Source of the DNA: Haplodiscus bocki
Taxonomy: Eukaryota
DNA: 64,000 nt
Direction of reading: 5' to 3'
NCBI GenBank assembly: GCA_965655095.1
Contig: OZ296659.1
Coordinates: 9,486,001-9,550,000 of the forward strand
A model generated the notes under the pieces. It had not been told where the DNA came from. It worked only from the letters and a program-made list of their open reading frames with translations, and made no database searches. This document shows, one piece after another, positions 48,268 to 60,949 of this stretch (positions are counted from its first letter, which is position 1; every line of letters starts with the position of its first letter). Both the position numbers and the translations under genes were made by a program.

Positions 48268-51200
48268 GTAACTGGAAGATTATAAATAGTGGAAGAGATG
48301 AGAAAATCATGATTGATCGGTATTTATTAACTTCTTTGTGGGACGACGTACCGGCTGTGGCAAATCTAGCATTGATACCCACTGTTGATAGTGAGTTCAT
48401 CGGATGAGTCTACGGCATCCCTTGTATCAACTGAATACTTTTTCTTGTGTTTTCCCTTGTATCACTTCTTCTAGCTGCTTAGTTAAAGGGCAAGCTAATT
48501 CTTGTTCAACAGCGGCTTCGTGCGGTAAAATATAAGGAGTCACAAACGTTCCTGTCCGAGTCCTGGGAAAAGCCATTCTCAGTGTTTGTAACATCAGCCA
48601 CGCTGGTATGTGTAAGGGTATGTCTGTTGTTTTTACGCTCTTTTTGTGTAGTGAAGATTGGCATGCAGTTTCTCTAGAATTAAATTTATTTGCGATGACT
48701 TCAGAAGAAAATGTGTCTGCCATAACATAACATAAAATGCAGATATGGCGTTAAGAGACTCTGTATCTGTACTTGTACGACTTATCTTCCGGGACCTAAA
48801 TTTGATTGGGGTGATTGGAAGCTACCGACTCCAAGGCGAGGTTCATTCTGGGAAAAATCTTCCTCTGTTTCCTGGATTTATCCATTAGAATTCCAGAGTA
48901 TCTCCAGATCATATTCCGGGTACACCAGAACTTGTTGGTTCCGAATGATGTCGTCTGTCTTGGATAGAGCACCCAGGAAACAACTCCTTGTCCTACTGAA
49001 CTTCTGAGACGACGTTCTTGTCACTCTCTCTTCTATTTCCTCTGACACTTGATTGATTCATTAATCCTCACTCCAAGGGAAACTTTTGTTTCGTGACTGG
49101 TTTCACCTGGAACTTTCCCTCTGATTGTCAATATTGACGGCTGCTAACTTTCTTTTGCTTCTCGCTGCAGCCAATTTCGAAGGTAAAGAAACCAACAGGC
49201 GTTTGGTACTGAAAATGTTTTCTTTTTTACTTTCACATAGGGAATTATTGAAAAGAATGGGAGTGAAAAATATGATTAAGAGCACTGAAGGAGGTTTTCA
49301 TCCCTTTGATGAAAACCGACGAGTTTTTGATTACTAGCCACAACACCGTCACTAGCTTACATTACTTGGATTTAAATTGATGAAATTCATTTCGACCAAT
49401 TTTGTATTCTGTCATTGCTGATGACATCATGTTTGTTCATTTTCAGTGATAGTTCTGTTTTTGCTTCACAGAGTAAACCAACAGGGTGGAAACGTTAAAA
49501 AGAAATTCTCAGATAAAAATGTTCTCCGATTTATGTTTGTATTTATCGTAATTAAGTCAGCCGGACCGCAACACAAAGCACTTGTAGTAACTCCCACTGT
49601 TCCTGTTGGAGCTGACCAGTGTCTTTCATGTCTCTGCTGTGTTATTCTACTATCTTCGCGCCTTCATTGTAATGTGCAGTTTCCATAGATAAGGTTCAGC
49701 ATATTATGGTGTCCGATGGATGAACATCTCTTCATAAGCCCAGCAAAAATTCTTTTGAAGAATAGGTCGTTTTTGTAGAGGATAGATTCATTCACAACGG
49801 GGGAGAAATTGGAATTATATAACCATATTTCTACCTTCATTCGGTGTATCGGTACAAAGTTTGCATTAGGACCTTAGTAAAAGTTTTAATGAGTTTATAC
49901 ATAAACAACATTGTGTCGCTTCACGGATATATCACAATTCTTTATTGCGAGTGTAACATTTAGACAAAATCAAACAAGTTTATCGACTGGTTTCTAAAAG
50001 TCTGAATCAACTTCTCCTTCTCAGATTTAGATGAAGTCCAGAAGTGAAACTTTCGCATTTTAATTGTCACATCTTATCAGAAATAGTCCTTCAAAGTCCA
50101 TCATAAAATTGAAGACTCTATGGTCTATGGTTTAAAGTAGCAAAAAATAGAAGATTGATTCCAAGATATATCGTAGGTAACTTCTAAGCAACCAACTTTA
50201 CCAAAGTATGATGACTGGTTTCTTCTCTGTTTTAGCGGGTGTCATGTTGCGTGTAAAATTGCATATTGATAAGCTTTTTGCGTGAGGTAATGTAGCTCCG
50301 TGAAAAACATTGCGTCTTCTCCAGTCAATCTCTCCAGGCACATAGTCTTCCTTGTTATCACGTTTCAGTTTCCTGGGTTTTATTGTTTCTTTTACTGTCG
50401 GTCTAGCAGTAGGTTGGAAATACATCAGATATATGAAATTCTGCAAAAGACCGTAACGATAAGTGTAATTTTCCAACTTCAATGGTAGAACCGCTTTGTT
50501 GCTCCTGGGGGATCACCTAGGCTCGGTGTGTAAGTTAATTTATGTTATGTGTTATACGGTCAAGTTGAAGCATCTGTTTTTTCCCAACCGTAATTGTTGT
50601 CTAGTTCGACTTAGTTAGCACTGTTCTGTGAAATTGTTTGTTCCATGACCGTGGTTTGTACAGGCGTGCTTACTTTCAGCTCTGTTTCGAGTTCTACGTG
50701 CAATCGTTTTCCATCCGTCCTCTTGTGGCAGTCAAAGTTGCTGCCTTCATCACCCGATGTATCTCTACGTTCTGATTGACTCATTTTTTTGACCCCTATC
50801 TGTTTAGGTGTCTTCCCAGATGACGATTACTTGCCGCTGGCATCCTTCGAATTATGATTGTTCGGATTGGGCCTATCATCGGGTTCCTTGTTTTGGGCGG
50901 TCCCTGAAATCCAATTGGTCTAGAGATAAACTTCTGGTGCATTGTTCTGTTTGTCGTAGATAGTTTTTCTAGCTCGGTTCCGTTTGTTGTTCCTTTAAAG
51001 TTATGTAAAACTCTTCATTCCGGTGATTTCTTGAGCAACTTTTTGCATAGAACCAGAAAAGGTATAGGATTTTGCTAGTCGGGTTATTCGGTTTTCTTTT
51101 TGGTAATTGCATCGCTGAACAGCAGCTGGAACCTCTTCATTTTATTACCAAGATCAAATGGCTCATCGTCACTCCCCATTTGTTTCCTGTCGATTTTTTT

Positions 51201-54200
51201 GTAGACCAAAATAAATGATCTCTGGCACTTGGAGAAGAAAAGTTTAACAACTTCATTTTTGTTGCTTGATTCGATTCGAAACATTGATGTAATGCAAACG
51301 TTACCTTTTAGAATCAGTTTTGATGATGTACCACTTTATGCGTAGTGGTTGTTCACGCTTTCGGTAAGTCCAATTTTTGCGCCAACTGATTTGATTAACT
51401 TACATACAGTAGATAAACTTCGCCGACACCTTGTGTTCCTTTGAAACCAGGATCCGGAAGTTTTCTCTGTGCACCACCTCGCTCTCTTCCGCCCCCGGTT
51501 TCCACACTAATGCGTTGGTGGTTTCGAGCTGCCTCAAAAACGCGCAATGTCTTATTGGCTTGTCTCGTTTTTCTCGAAAAACAACGCCAGGTTGATGATG
51601 GCCACATCGCCATCTCTTCGTCTTTCATTTGACCGGAGGGAACATTTTTTTTGTTCCGATTGTTGTCAAATTTCAGTCCCGATGTTCGTGGTTTTGCGAT
51701 TCGGTTTCTTCTCCGTACTGACTGAAAAGTTTTTAGTTTACAGCGGTTATTGCGTATTTTCTCCGTTAGCCATCTATTTCCCCCCCAATGATATATCTCT
51801 TTCGTTTCTTTTCGTTCAATGCTGTGATGAGCTTATCAGTGGACTAATTTTTCGTTTTTTAGAGATTGATTACAGCTCTTAAAGAATTTTGTTCACTTTG
51901 TGCAACTTTTGACGTCTTTCGTTTGCTCAAGAGACGGTTTCTACTGCATATATCTTGTTGTCCTGGCAAATCAAATTGCTTGTATTAGACTTCAGTTCGA
52001 ATGTTTTGACTCCGATGTATTTTCTTGAACGAGGAGTTTTTCTGGAAGAATTTTCAAATGAGTTTTTAGTTGGTCACTTACGTTATTCCGCATAATTCCG
52101 TTCTGCAGGTGTATATGAGAACTGCACTAACTTTTTGGTTGCAAAGTGCGCTTCTCAATTTTATTCGATCACAGTTTTTTCAACGAGATAATCGCTAAAA
52201 ATGAAATGACTACCGACGAAAAATTGTGGGTATATAACAAAATTGGGAAGAAAGGCCTAGCAATCTCTTCAGGCGTGCGGAATATTGTTGTTTCACGTAA
52301 TTTTATTCTACTGGCGGATCTAGTTCCTGGTTTTTTCAACAAAACTCTTTCTTTTTCGGATAAAAGAAGTAAAATTCTGTAAATGCAATACTGTTGGCAG
52401 TACTTCAAGCTCTCCGATTGACAGTTTTTGTTCGGTTGATATTAAAAATATGCTTCAAAAATCGACCTTTTTCAATGATCCTTGTTTTCGTTTTTGCTAT
52501 GGAGTATCTTCCAAACCTGCATTGCATGCGTTGATTGCCCCTATATTTATTTTTGTTCTTTGAGATGTGTGCTAGACAGAGGGTTTGGGAGAACATTTTC
52601 AAAATTTTTTCGGCAAAAATCAAATGATTTGTTTGTCCATAACATTTGTTTTTCCATTTTATAGTTGTATCAGTCCGTCTGTTTTTTGTGATAGTTTTCT
52701 TGAAATTTGAGCAAAAAAACTTCGATAGCTAGAATAGTCTTAAATAGGTTCACTTTGCTCTGTGACCAAAGCTCCAAAAAATCTGCTTTTTTCGTTTATT
52801 TTGTATTTATCCATATTTGTGGAGTTTTGCTACATACCTTCATGCTTTTTTAGAAGATACAACATCTCTTCTGACTTGATCGATATCAAGCAATTTGTTT
52901 GTTCAATAATGTCATTAACAATTCGTACTTAATTTTTTTTCCTCGCGGTTCAACAAATAAACCCTCTAAGGAAGTGGATGGGTGATATTTTTATGTTCGG
53001 TAAACTCCTTCTAGCAAAAATAGTCGAAAGTCAGCTAAACTTTTCAAGCCGCGTTCAACTCTGTAATATTCGTTTAAATTACCTCAAGTAATTGCTGAGC
53101 TGCATTCTTTGCTTGATTTTTTGTTTATTTCATTCCTCCATACGCATATCCTCAGTTTCCTTGATATCTGTAACGGTCTTTTGATGGTGTTTTCCATTTC
53201 TGTTGAAAACTGGTCAGCAATTTTCGGCACATATGGATTGACCTTTGAGCCACTGTTGTTAAGTTTCCTCAAGTTTGGTGCAATTGTAAATAACTTACCA
53301 TTTCACTGTAATTATACCCGGAGTTACAGAACAGTTCTCTTCCCAGTTCTTTCTCAAAGTGTGAGGCTGAGATTAGTTGAAGATTTTTTCCCAAATTTTT
53401 GTAATATGAAAAGAACTGTGTCCTTTTTTTGTTCCGCTTTTTCCCTGTCCGGATTTTGATTGTAAGTTTTTGCCCCATGTTGTTTATTGTTGTGTTCGAT
53501 TCAAAAAACTTATTGAATTTCTGAACTATTATTTCGTGGTTCTTTGTTTACAGTTCGATTTTGCTGATTGGTATTTCGAACCTTTGTAACCAATCCTGAT
53601 CTTATAAGTGGCTTAATGTGTTTTGTACCTGTTATTAAAATTGGCAAAGGGTCTTCGGTCGCGTCCTTTTCGATCGTTACTTCAACCCTTCCGAGAAATT
53701 CAATTTCAATTTTGTTTACTTCTTGACATTCATCTCTCGAATTCTCTAGTTTGGTTTTAGTTTTATTTTACTTCGTGATATCAATGTAATTGGAAATCTG
53801 GTATCTCCTATGAAGTCCGTCGTTTCACTGTGTACGGTTACGTTCTTGGTGCAGTGGTTGGCTTTGTCTATTATTTTTTTGAATTATCGAAATCAGTGAA
53901 TTCGATTTTTTGAAACAAAGCTTGTTTCTGCTCCGCCTCGTTTTTCATCTTTGGTCAGGATTCCTACTTATTCCTTTTTCGATCTGAAGACATTTGTGGT
54001 GTGTCCTTTAATGTTGCAGGTATGGCATTTTTTCTCTCAAGCTAGACATTGATGCGATGGTTTCCAATTTCGCAGCTCGCAGTGCCTACATTTCCTTTTT
54101 GAGTGCTCTTTCGGTCTGGTTCTGTATTTTTGAAGCTTTTTATGGTTTGTATTGGTTTATCTTTCCTTTGTTTTCTTTGTTGGATAATACTGCATCCGGT

Positions 54201-55002
54201 GTCGGTCGTGTTGTTCTTGCTTTTTGGGGCATTTATTTTTTTGTATAATTGCCACAGTTCTTGATGTAAATAATTCATTTTCTTTCATCAGGTTGTCTCA
54301 ACATTTTGTCGGTTGTTGATGTTTGTAAGTTTTGATATTAAAAGTGCGTCGCTAAAATGCGCGAAATTGCATTTTTCCCAATGCATTTGGTTTTTTCCGA
54401 TTGGTCTTCGGGGTTTCGTCTTGGACGTTATTGGCCAGCAATATCGCTTGCAGTGTTTTAATAGTGTACTTTTTTCGTCTGAGCTAGTAATCTCCATTGT
54501 AAATTGTTATGGTTTTCGCCAATGTTTCTTCTTGCAGAGATATATGGTATTCTGGGCTTGTTGTTTCGTGTAATGCTTCGGTCGGACTACCCAGGAGAAG
54601 TCTTGTTTATTTTTTTCTTTTTCGGTCTAAGCGTCCGCAGTCACTTTTTTTATTGATGGTCAGATGTCCACTTCGTGTGGATTTTTAGTAAAGTGTTTGA
54701 ACCTGTTTAGCCATGGTTTATTCGCGTATATTCTATTTCGTTTTTCCTTTTTTCGTCCAAGCATGGTGATCTTGTTCTGCCTTCTGTCATCTTTCGATAG
54801 CTCCTTCGATTTTGGTAATTTTAATGTCTCCAGTACTGTTAAAATCTTGCTCACTGCGCCATGAAACGTTTTCTGTGAAATGATTGTAAGAGTGATTTCG
54901 CACTATATAGTGCGTAATTTGAAGGCAACTAATTCTACAAATGTATGATTAAGAGTTTCACATCTGTTTTAGCAGCACAGTATCAGGCTTGGTTATGTAA
55001 CA
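48268..55002 (-). mobile_element. Decayed Ty3/Gypsy element with gag-pol and a possible third (env-like) ORF
   Basis: PBS at 54843-54861; gag knuckle CHTCNIKGH (~54025); DTRFP (from DTGSP, ~53805); RT IAPNLRKLNNS..P.VP (~53280); integrase remnants at 51000-51500; purine tract then TG at ~49023. Confidence 0.8.
54843..54861 (-). promoter_or_regulatory. Primer-binding site, tRNA-Ser-like, directly after the ...CA end of a short 5' LTR (~54862-55002)
   Basis: The minus strand reads CA|TGGCGCAGTGAGCAAGATT, complementary to a tRNA-Ser 3' end. The candidate LTR begins TGTTACA at 55002. Confidence 0.75.
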
Positions 55003-55050
55003 CCGTCTAATCAGAAGCTATTTCGGTTACGCAATGTAGCTCCGTATTTA

Positions 55051-55629
55051 TCTATACATATTACTAAATGCGAAAATTTTTTTTTTGTGTGTGTGTGTAT
55101 TATCAAACTCCTCTGCCATTTCTTGCCCGATTTGGCTCAAATTTTGAACAAAGCTATGAATAGCAAAGGAGCAGCGAGTAAGCTGGTTCCTGGTGCCGAT
55201 TTTATCCAACTTTTGATTTTACGTCACCTTTTTGTCAGTCACACCCAAATTTTATATCCATCACGCACACACGACTTCGTCTATGCGCAACCATCACGCA
55301 CACACGACTTCGTCTATGCGCAACCAGTGTTATTATACGTACACAATGCACACAATTCACAAATCTCAAGTACCTTCCAAGAAGCTGACTGTTTTTTACC
55401 ATAGTCAATAACACGCGGCTTCCTTCCCACTCACCGACAAGTACTTTATATGCCCATTGATAAATTTTATTCGGCAATTTCCCCCTTGATTTGCTTTAAT
55501 GGTGTATAAATACAGTGTTTCACTAAATTCTTATATCACGCAACTAATAAGATACTACTAATTAGCGAAATTTGTGGCCTTGAGTGATAGGTGGCGAAGC
55601 GAAGCGAGTCACTCGGCCCAGAAAGCTAG
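55051..55629 (+). mobile_element. Non-autonomous Helitron
   Basis: A|TCTATAC 5' end; (GT)n tract; 3' hairpin GGCC..GAGTGA...TCACTCGGCC (55576-55618); CTAG|T 3' end. Inserted between A and T with no TSD. Confidence 0.85.
55258..55323. repeat. Perfect 33-bp tandem duplication inside the Helitron
   Basis: CCATCACGCACACACGACTTCGTCTATGCGCAA x2. Confidence 0.95.
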
Positions 55630-55824
55630 TCAAGTATAAATTTTATTAATCGAAGGTGTATAAAAGAACACCCTGTGTTATAAAATGAGATTTTACGTCA
55701 AAAATTCATAGTGAAAATCCGTCATTTTTATAAAATATAAACAATCAATTTTTCCTGATCTTCTTTGCTCCCATATAAAATATAACTACAAAAGCATGCT
55801 AATCTGTTTGCCGCAATCATTTTT

Positions 55825-56094
55825 TTAAGGATGGACAGTTGAATTCTGTCGTGGTCTTATTTTGTACATCAAACGAGCCAACCACTCGCCTATGTCGACC
55901 ATAGTCATAGCACTGACTCCCATCCACAAACCCAGGAGTCCCCCTACATAGCCCAACATAGCTGATACCCCCACAGCAACTTCCACGTGATAAACTGTCT
56001 CTACTCCTTTGTCACTGAGAACCCGAAGTTGGGCGACATGCTCGGCCACAGATTCTTCCTTGATTCTCTCTTCTGGTTTTCGAGGGCGGAGCAA
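55825..56094 (-). CDS. DEG/ENaC (ASIC/ENaC family) channel, terminal exon with TM2
   Basis: VAQLRV...AMLGYVGGLLGLWMGVSAMTMVDIGEW is a TM2 with the G-x-S filter. A cag acceptor at 56097-56095 gives phase 0. AATAAA on minus at 55647-55642. Confidence 0.9.
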   Translation of the reverse strand: MLRPRKPEERIKEESVAEHVAQLRVLSDKGVETVYHVEVAVGVSAMLGYVGGLLGLWMGVSAMTMVDIGEWLARLMYKIRPRQNSTVHP

Positions 56095-56782
56095 CTGACG
56101 AGTTTCGAAATGGCACCGAAAGTATTTTTTGAAAAATTTCGGCCCCGAAAAAATGAGTTCTTGAGGTAATTGTGTAAGCAACAAAACTAAACTTACGCCA
56201 ATTTTTTTGGGCAAAAAGTTGGGATTCATAGCAACATTTTTTTAAGGATCTTGACAGAAAGGGTGCTCTTTGACATGTTATATGAATGAAAAAGGACTTG
56301 CATAGGAGAATATGAGCTAGCTCTAGAATGTTACTAAGAAACAAAAAAAAATCTAGTAGTACAACCTGCATTTTGAAAAAAAAACTCGTGATGCGATTTA
56401 CATAGCTGGAAGGTTTTTTTCATCTAAAATGACAAGTCGACAAAGTCTAAAAGATCACTGTTTTCCTTGGTTAAAGACTTACTGAGTCAGTAACTGTTGC
56501 GGGCATAATATGAAAATTCAAGAAGTTTATAACCCTCTACCATATGTTGTGAGTACTGTGACAGACAAGTGAACTTCGAAAAAGAAGATGTGGACCGTTG
56601 GTCGAAATTTAATGGTGTAACCACTCAATAGTAAACAAACAAGACGCCAGCTAATTCCAATTTCTAAAATTGCCCAACAGATTTTTATGAAAATTTTGGT
56701 AAAAGGAACTTTTGGCTGAAACTTTCGATCTTTTTCTCACAATTTTAACTACCCCAAAGAAGCATAGTGAAAAAAGTGCCAC

Positions 56783-57390
56783 CTCGTCTTCTGCCATTTT
56801 CAAGAGTTTCCGGACGAGTGGATCTTGCATAGTTTGATTTGCCATTGCGTACAACTCCTGCAACAAGTAATGAACCGTCGGGAATTTGAGAGTCCGGTCC
56901 GTGTTCAGTCTGTAGTACGAGTTTTGACATAAAGGGTAACAACTTTTCTTGCATCCTTTGACTATGTTTTCCATATACTCGTCATCATCTTCAATAGTCT
57001 TTTGAATGCATTTTCGGTATTCAAATTTTTCGAGGCATTCCGATTGGGTGTAATTCCAACCAATCAGAAGCGTGCAGTTGCATGACTTATAGAGGCTTTT
57101 TAGGAAGCACATTTCTCTACAGACTTCTTCGTTGTAATCCAATTTTAAGATCGAACCCCCAAAGTTGTATTCCAACTGATCTTTGCCGTGGGTGCACTGA
57201 ATTTGCTGTGTTGATATCACTTGATTGCGGGATTCTGCTTCTACCGTTATTTTAAGTTGTTCTCCTGGACTTATGGGTATGAATGATTCCATTGAAGATA
57301 CCGAATTTCGCTCACGAGTCACTCGAACACTTCCTCCAATCGAAATTGTATACTTCCCAAGAAGAGTGCGCGGAGAGAAAAACAGAAAAA
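56783..57390 (-). CDS. DEG/ENaC channel, extracellular-loop exon with Cys-rich thumb
   Basis: GGSVRV..IPISPG..C..YNEEVCREMC..SCNC..C..C..CKKSCYPLC..YY. A ttttcag acceptor ends at 57391 and a gt donor at 56782 is in phase with the next exon. Upstream exons were not located. Confidence 0.88.
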
Positions 57391-60300
57391 CTGAAAATTC
57401 CGATTGCGTTCCATAATGATTGCTTTTTCCCTCGTGTTTGTAGCAGACCTTAATGTTTAGACAGAGATCGAATAACAATTTGAATCAGAAGATTTTTAAC
57501 GATATTATAGCGTTTTCTGGTTGAACTGACATGAAATTCGTTAAAAGGCATAATCACGTCAATTCATGTCATAGAAAAAAAGCAGAGCAATTGTTTGCAA
57601 TTGGATCCATGGCAACCACGTTAAGATTTGTATGCAAATCATTAAACATTACGGCCACAGAATGATTTGTATAGCATTGAAGTCTGATCGTTATTCGAAT
57701 TCCATTTCATTAATATATAGCTCATCAATGAAATTGACGGTCAGTTTTCATTTCGTTTCCATCGGCCATCAGCAAGAAATCACCGTCGTTATTTTTCCGG
57801 TACAACGCCACGAACGCCCCTAAATTTCGGTGAAACGCCGTTAACGCCGATCTTTTTCCCGTTAATAACCACTTCTGTGGATAACTTTGACCACCGTTAA
57901 CGCCCTTCTACCGGAAATATTTCCGCCGAACACGCGACCCGGGTATCTGACTATCAAAGTCAAAATACAACCTGATAGCAATTCAAGGTGAGAAGATAAT
58001 CTTCAAAATACAAAAACTAACATTCGGTGCAGTGAAAAACTTCGGATTTGTTCAGACGTCTGTCGGCCAGTTGAGAAAAATATAAAAATCGGGAAAAAAA
58101 ATCTGGGAAAAAGTAAATGCCAGAGGTTGTCAGGATGCCTCATTGTAATGTGATGGTGGCATAAGGCAACTTAACTGCAGCTCCGGGCATATCAAGGACA
58201 TGAAAACTTTCTCATGGTATCATTCTTCTGTGTGTAACTGTTGAACTGTGGAAAATTGAGATTTCGGGGGCTGGAGAGAGTTTCCAAAGAATCAAGCACT
58301 AACAGAGATGTTTTTTTGGTGGGTACCTCTTGCTTAAATGACTAGGTCAGCTATTTTTCTCTCCAATTGCTTTCAGCTGAACACAAAACGACACACAATT
58401 TGAAACAATACTAATGCGACCGATGAAATTCATTTTCTTATTAACGATTCACGAAACAACTCAACAATAGGTGGATGAACTGCAACTGTCCACCATTCAG
58501 CCAACTAAATTGTGCTACAAAACTCTTCTGGATGCTGAGATTCACCAATAACACATGTCCCGGACTTGTAAATGATTCAATCGCCAACTGATATTATAGT
58601 TAGAGGTCCCCGAGCTATAGGCAACACAATGTCTGATGAAGTATCTTATCTCCAAAAGACTCAAGTTGCTACCAGCTCTCTAGACACGTTGTGTCAGTTT
58701 TGGTAGATCTCAATTCCTCGTAGTGTTTGTTCGCTTTCCGCTTGTGTTTACATAACCCGATGACATATGGTATGCAACTTTGTCATTACTTTCCATCATC
58801 ATTGACATTTACGTCACCAGGCAACACTTTACTCAAGAAATGTTACACTTTTCGCATCATACTTGTTTAACCTTTCAACTATCAATAACTCGATTTTGGG
58901 AATGCATATTGCATGCATATTCCTAGATATAGCCGGTCCAAACCAAATGTGTTTAATCAAATGGGAACCCTACAAACCTAAAAGTATTCTTTTCATACTT
59001 ACCAAAAAGACCAATCTGGAGTCCCACACTATGGTTTCCACAAAAATCCCTTTGCTTACACTGGAACGCTGGCGAAGGTAAAATAGTTTCAATCGAGCCA
59101 ATAGCACTTTTTTCCGGTTACCAATCATACCACTACATTTCATCACAGTTTGCACTTAGGTAGAACATAAGTAGTAAGATAGTGAGCAGATCAGACGGGA
59201 GGGGGTTGGAGATCCCTATGTATTAAGATGGGCTATAGCGAGCGGAGTAGAACTGACGGTTAAGAAAGGAAAATAATAATCGGTAATGTATTAATCTAGG
59301 CGATGGGATTTTGCAATGTATAAAGATAAGGAGTTGGGTTTAGTGATTCAATTTTGGCACTTTGAGACTACTTTTTTTCGAAATCGACCACAAGGTACTA
59401 AGATAGGGAATTTTTTTGGTAATGAAATAAAAGAAGAATGAAATTCGGTAATCCGCCCTTATAGGCTTATAAAGTTTAGCATCGTAAAAAGACAAGGAGA
59501 GGGGTTCTACAACAAATTTGCGGCACTGTGAGAGACTCTTTTTATGAAAAAAATGGTTTTCTTCACAAAAAGTTTTTGGCGTACCTGTCGCTGGCCACCG
59601 CCCTTTGCGGATAGTCGATTGCGCTAGCTGATAGTTTATTACGCCAGCGGAAAAATTTCTGGACCTGTAATTAATTTTTACGCATGTGGATACACAATTG
59701 CATTGTTAATTTATGTCTGCAAAAGTTTTTTTGCAGATTCCAGTGAAAGAAATTTCGGTTTTGAAGGTTGTTTTCGGATCCATCAAGGTAATAAAGTACT
59801 ACAGTTGTATTATGAACAGCGAAAAGTTTGAATATGTAAAAGCATCGGTTTTCAGTTCAATCAATGAATGCAGATGGAGTTTTTCTGGTTAACTTTGTAA
59901 ACAGCAACATTTTACGTTGAGATAAAATTGAAATGTTCGAAGCAAAAAATGCAATCTTCGATGATTGAACTCATGTTCTAGTAATCACAATCATCAATCC
60001 TGATCCTAACAATTGCTTGAGACAATCAAAGACATCACATGCTAAGCGTAACTTAAAGTTATTTTGTTTTGAAGAATGTCTTGGATAAAGAAAACAGAAT
60101 GATTGAGTGTAAGAAATGTCACACATACAGTTAGACATATATGCCACAAAATTCACATTTTTTTTTCCAAACTACCTTTTAAAACTTGAAAATATTACCT
60201 CTCTAACAAGTCTGATCAATTAGTTTTGGGAAAAATTCTCAGTTGCTTCTGACGGAATAACTACAAAAAAATAGTTCTCCGTTACAGCATGACAATTAGG

Positions 60301-60949
60301 CAGTACTTCTGCGGTGAAGACTCACTGATAAAAAAAGAATATTGATTCAAGGCACAACAATTAACAACGGTGTCTGCAATACTGAAAACAACCACTACAA
60401 TTTTTGGTAAAAGTACAAGAAAGTATGGTTTCAGGCATCCTTGGGAGTTTTCACTCGAGTCATCCAGTTTGAGGCCAGACAAACATACAATAGTTTTTGA
60501 TATGGGAGTCTTAGTTTAGAATGCAAAGAGCATAGAGGCACATCATTCAAATCATCCCTAATTGACAGATCTTTTGATTTTAGGCTAATAGACGAGCCTC
60601 TATTTGCAGCGTCTGCTCCCTTTTTGAACGTCAGATAATGCAGTCAGTAAATGCAGGGAACTAGGAGAAAAATTGAGGCAGAAAACTAGACAATTGAAAC
60701 AACTGGTCACTTATTTCCCGACTGATTGGTGCTTTGAAATATTTTAGTGTGCACAGACCGGCGTGCAGTGGATTCAAGATACTGTAGAATACTGTGAAAA
60801 GGGGGCATTGAAAGAGACTGAAACTGGAAACCACCCAATTCTTGACTGAGTTTTTGGAAAGGAAGAGAAACTTTTGATTTCACCCATTAACTATCAAGAT
60901 TCAGTTGTTTCATTTTAGTCGTCAAATCAGGGCTGAAAATAAAATTTGC

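Noticed and set aside
54843-54861. tRNA gene
   Set aside because: Only 19 nt match a tRNA 3' end, including the CCA, and they sit next to an LTR end. This is a PBS, not a tRNA gene.
58400-59170. Possible LINE endonuclease relic on minus (VIGL, LGDL)
   Set aside because: The motifs are too short and decayed to support a call.
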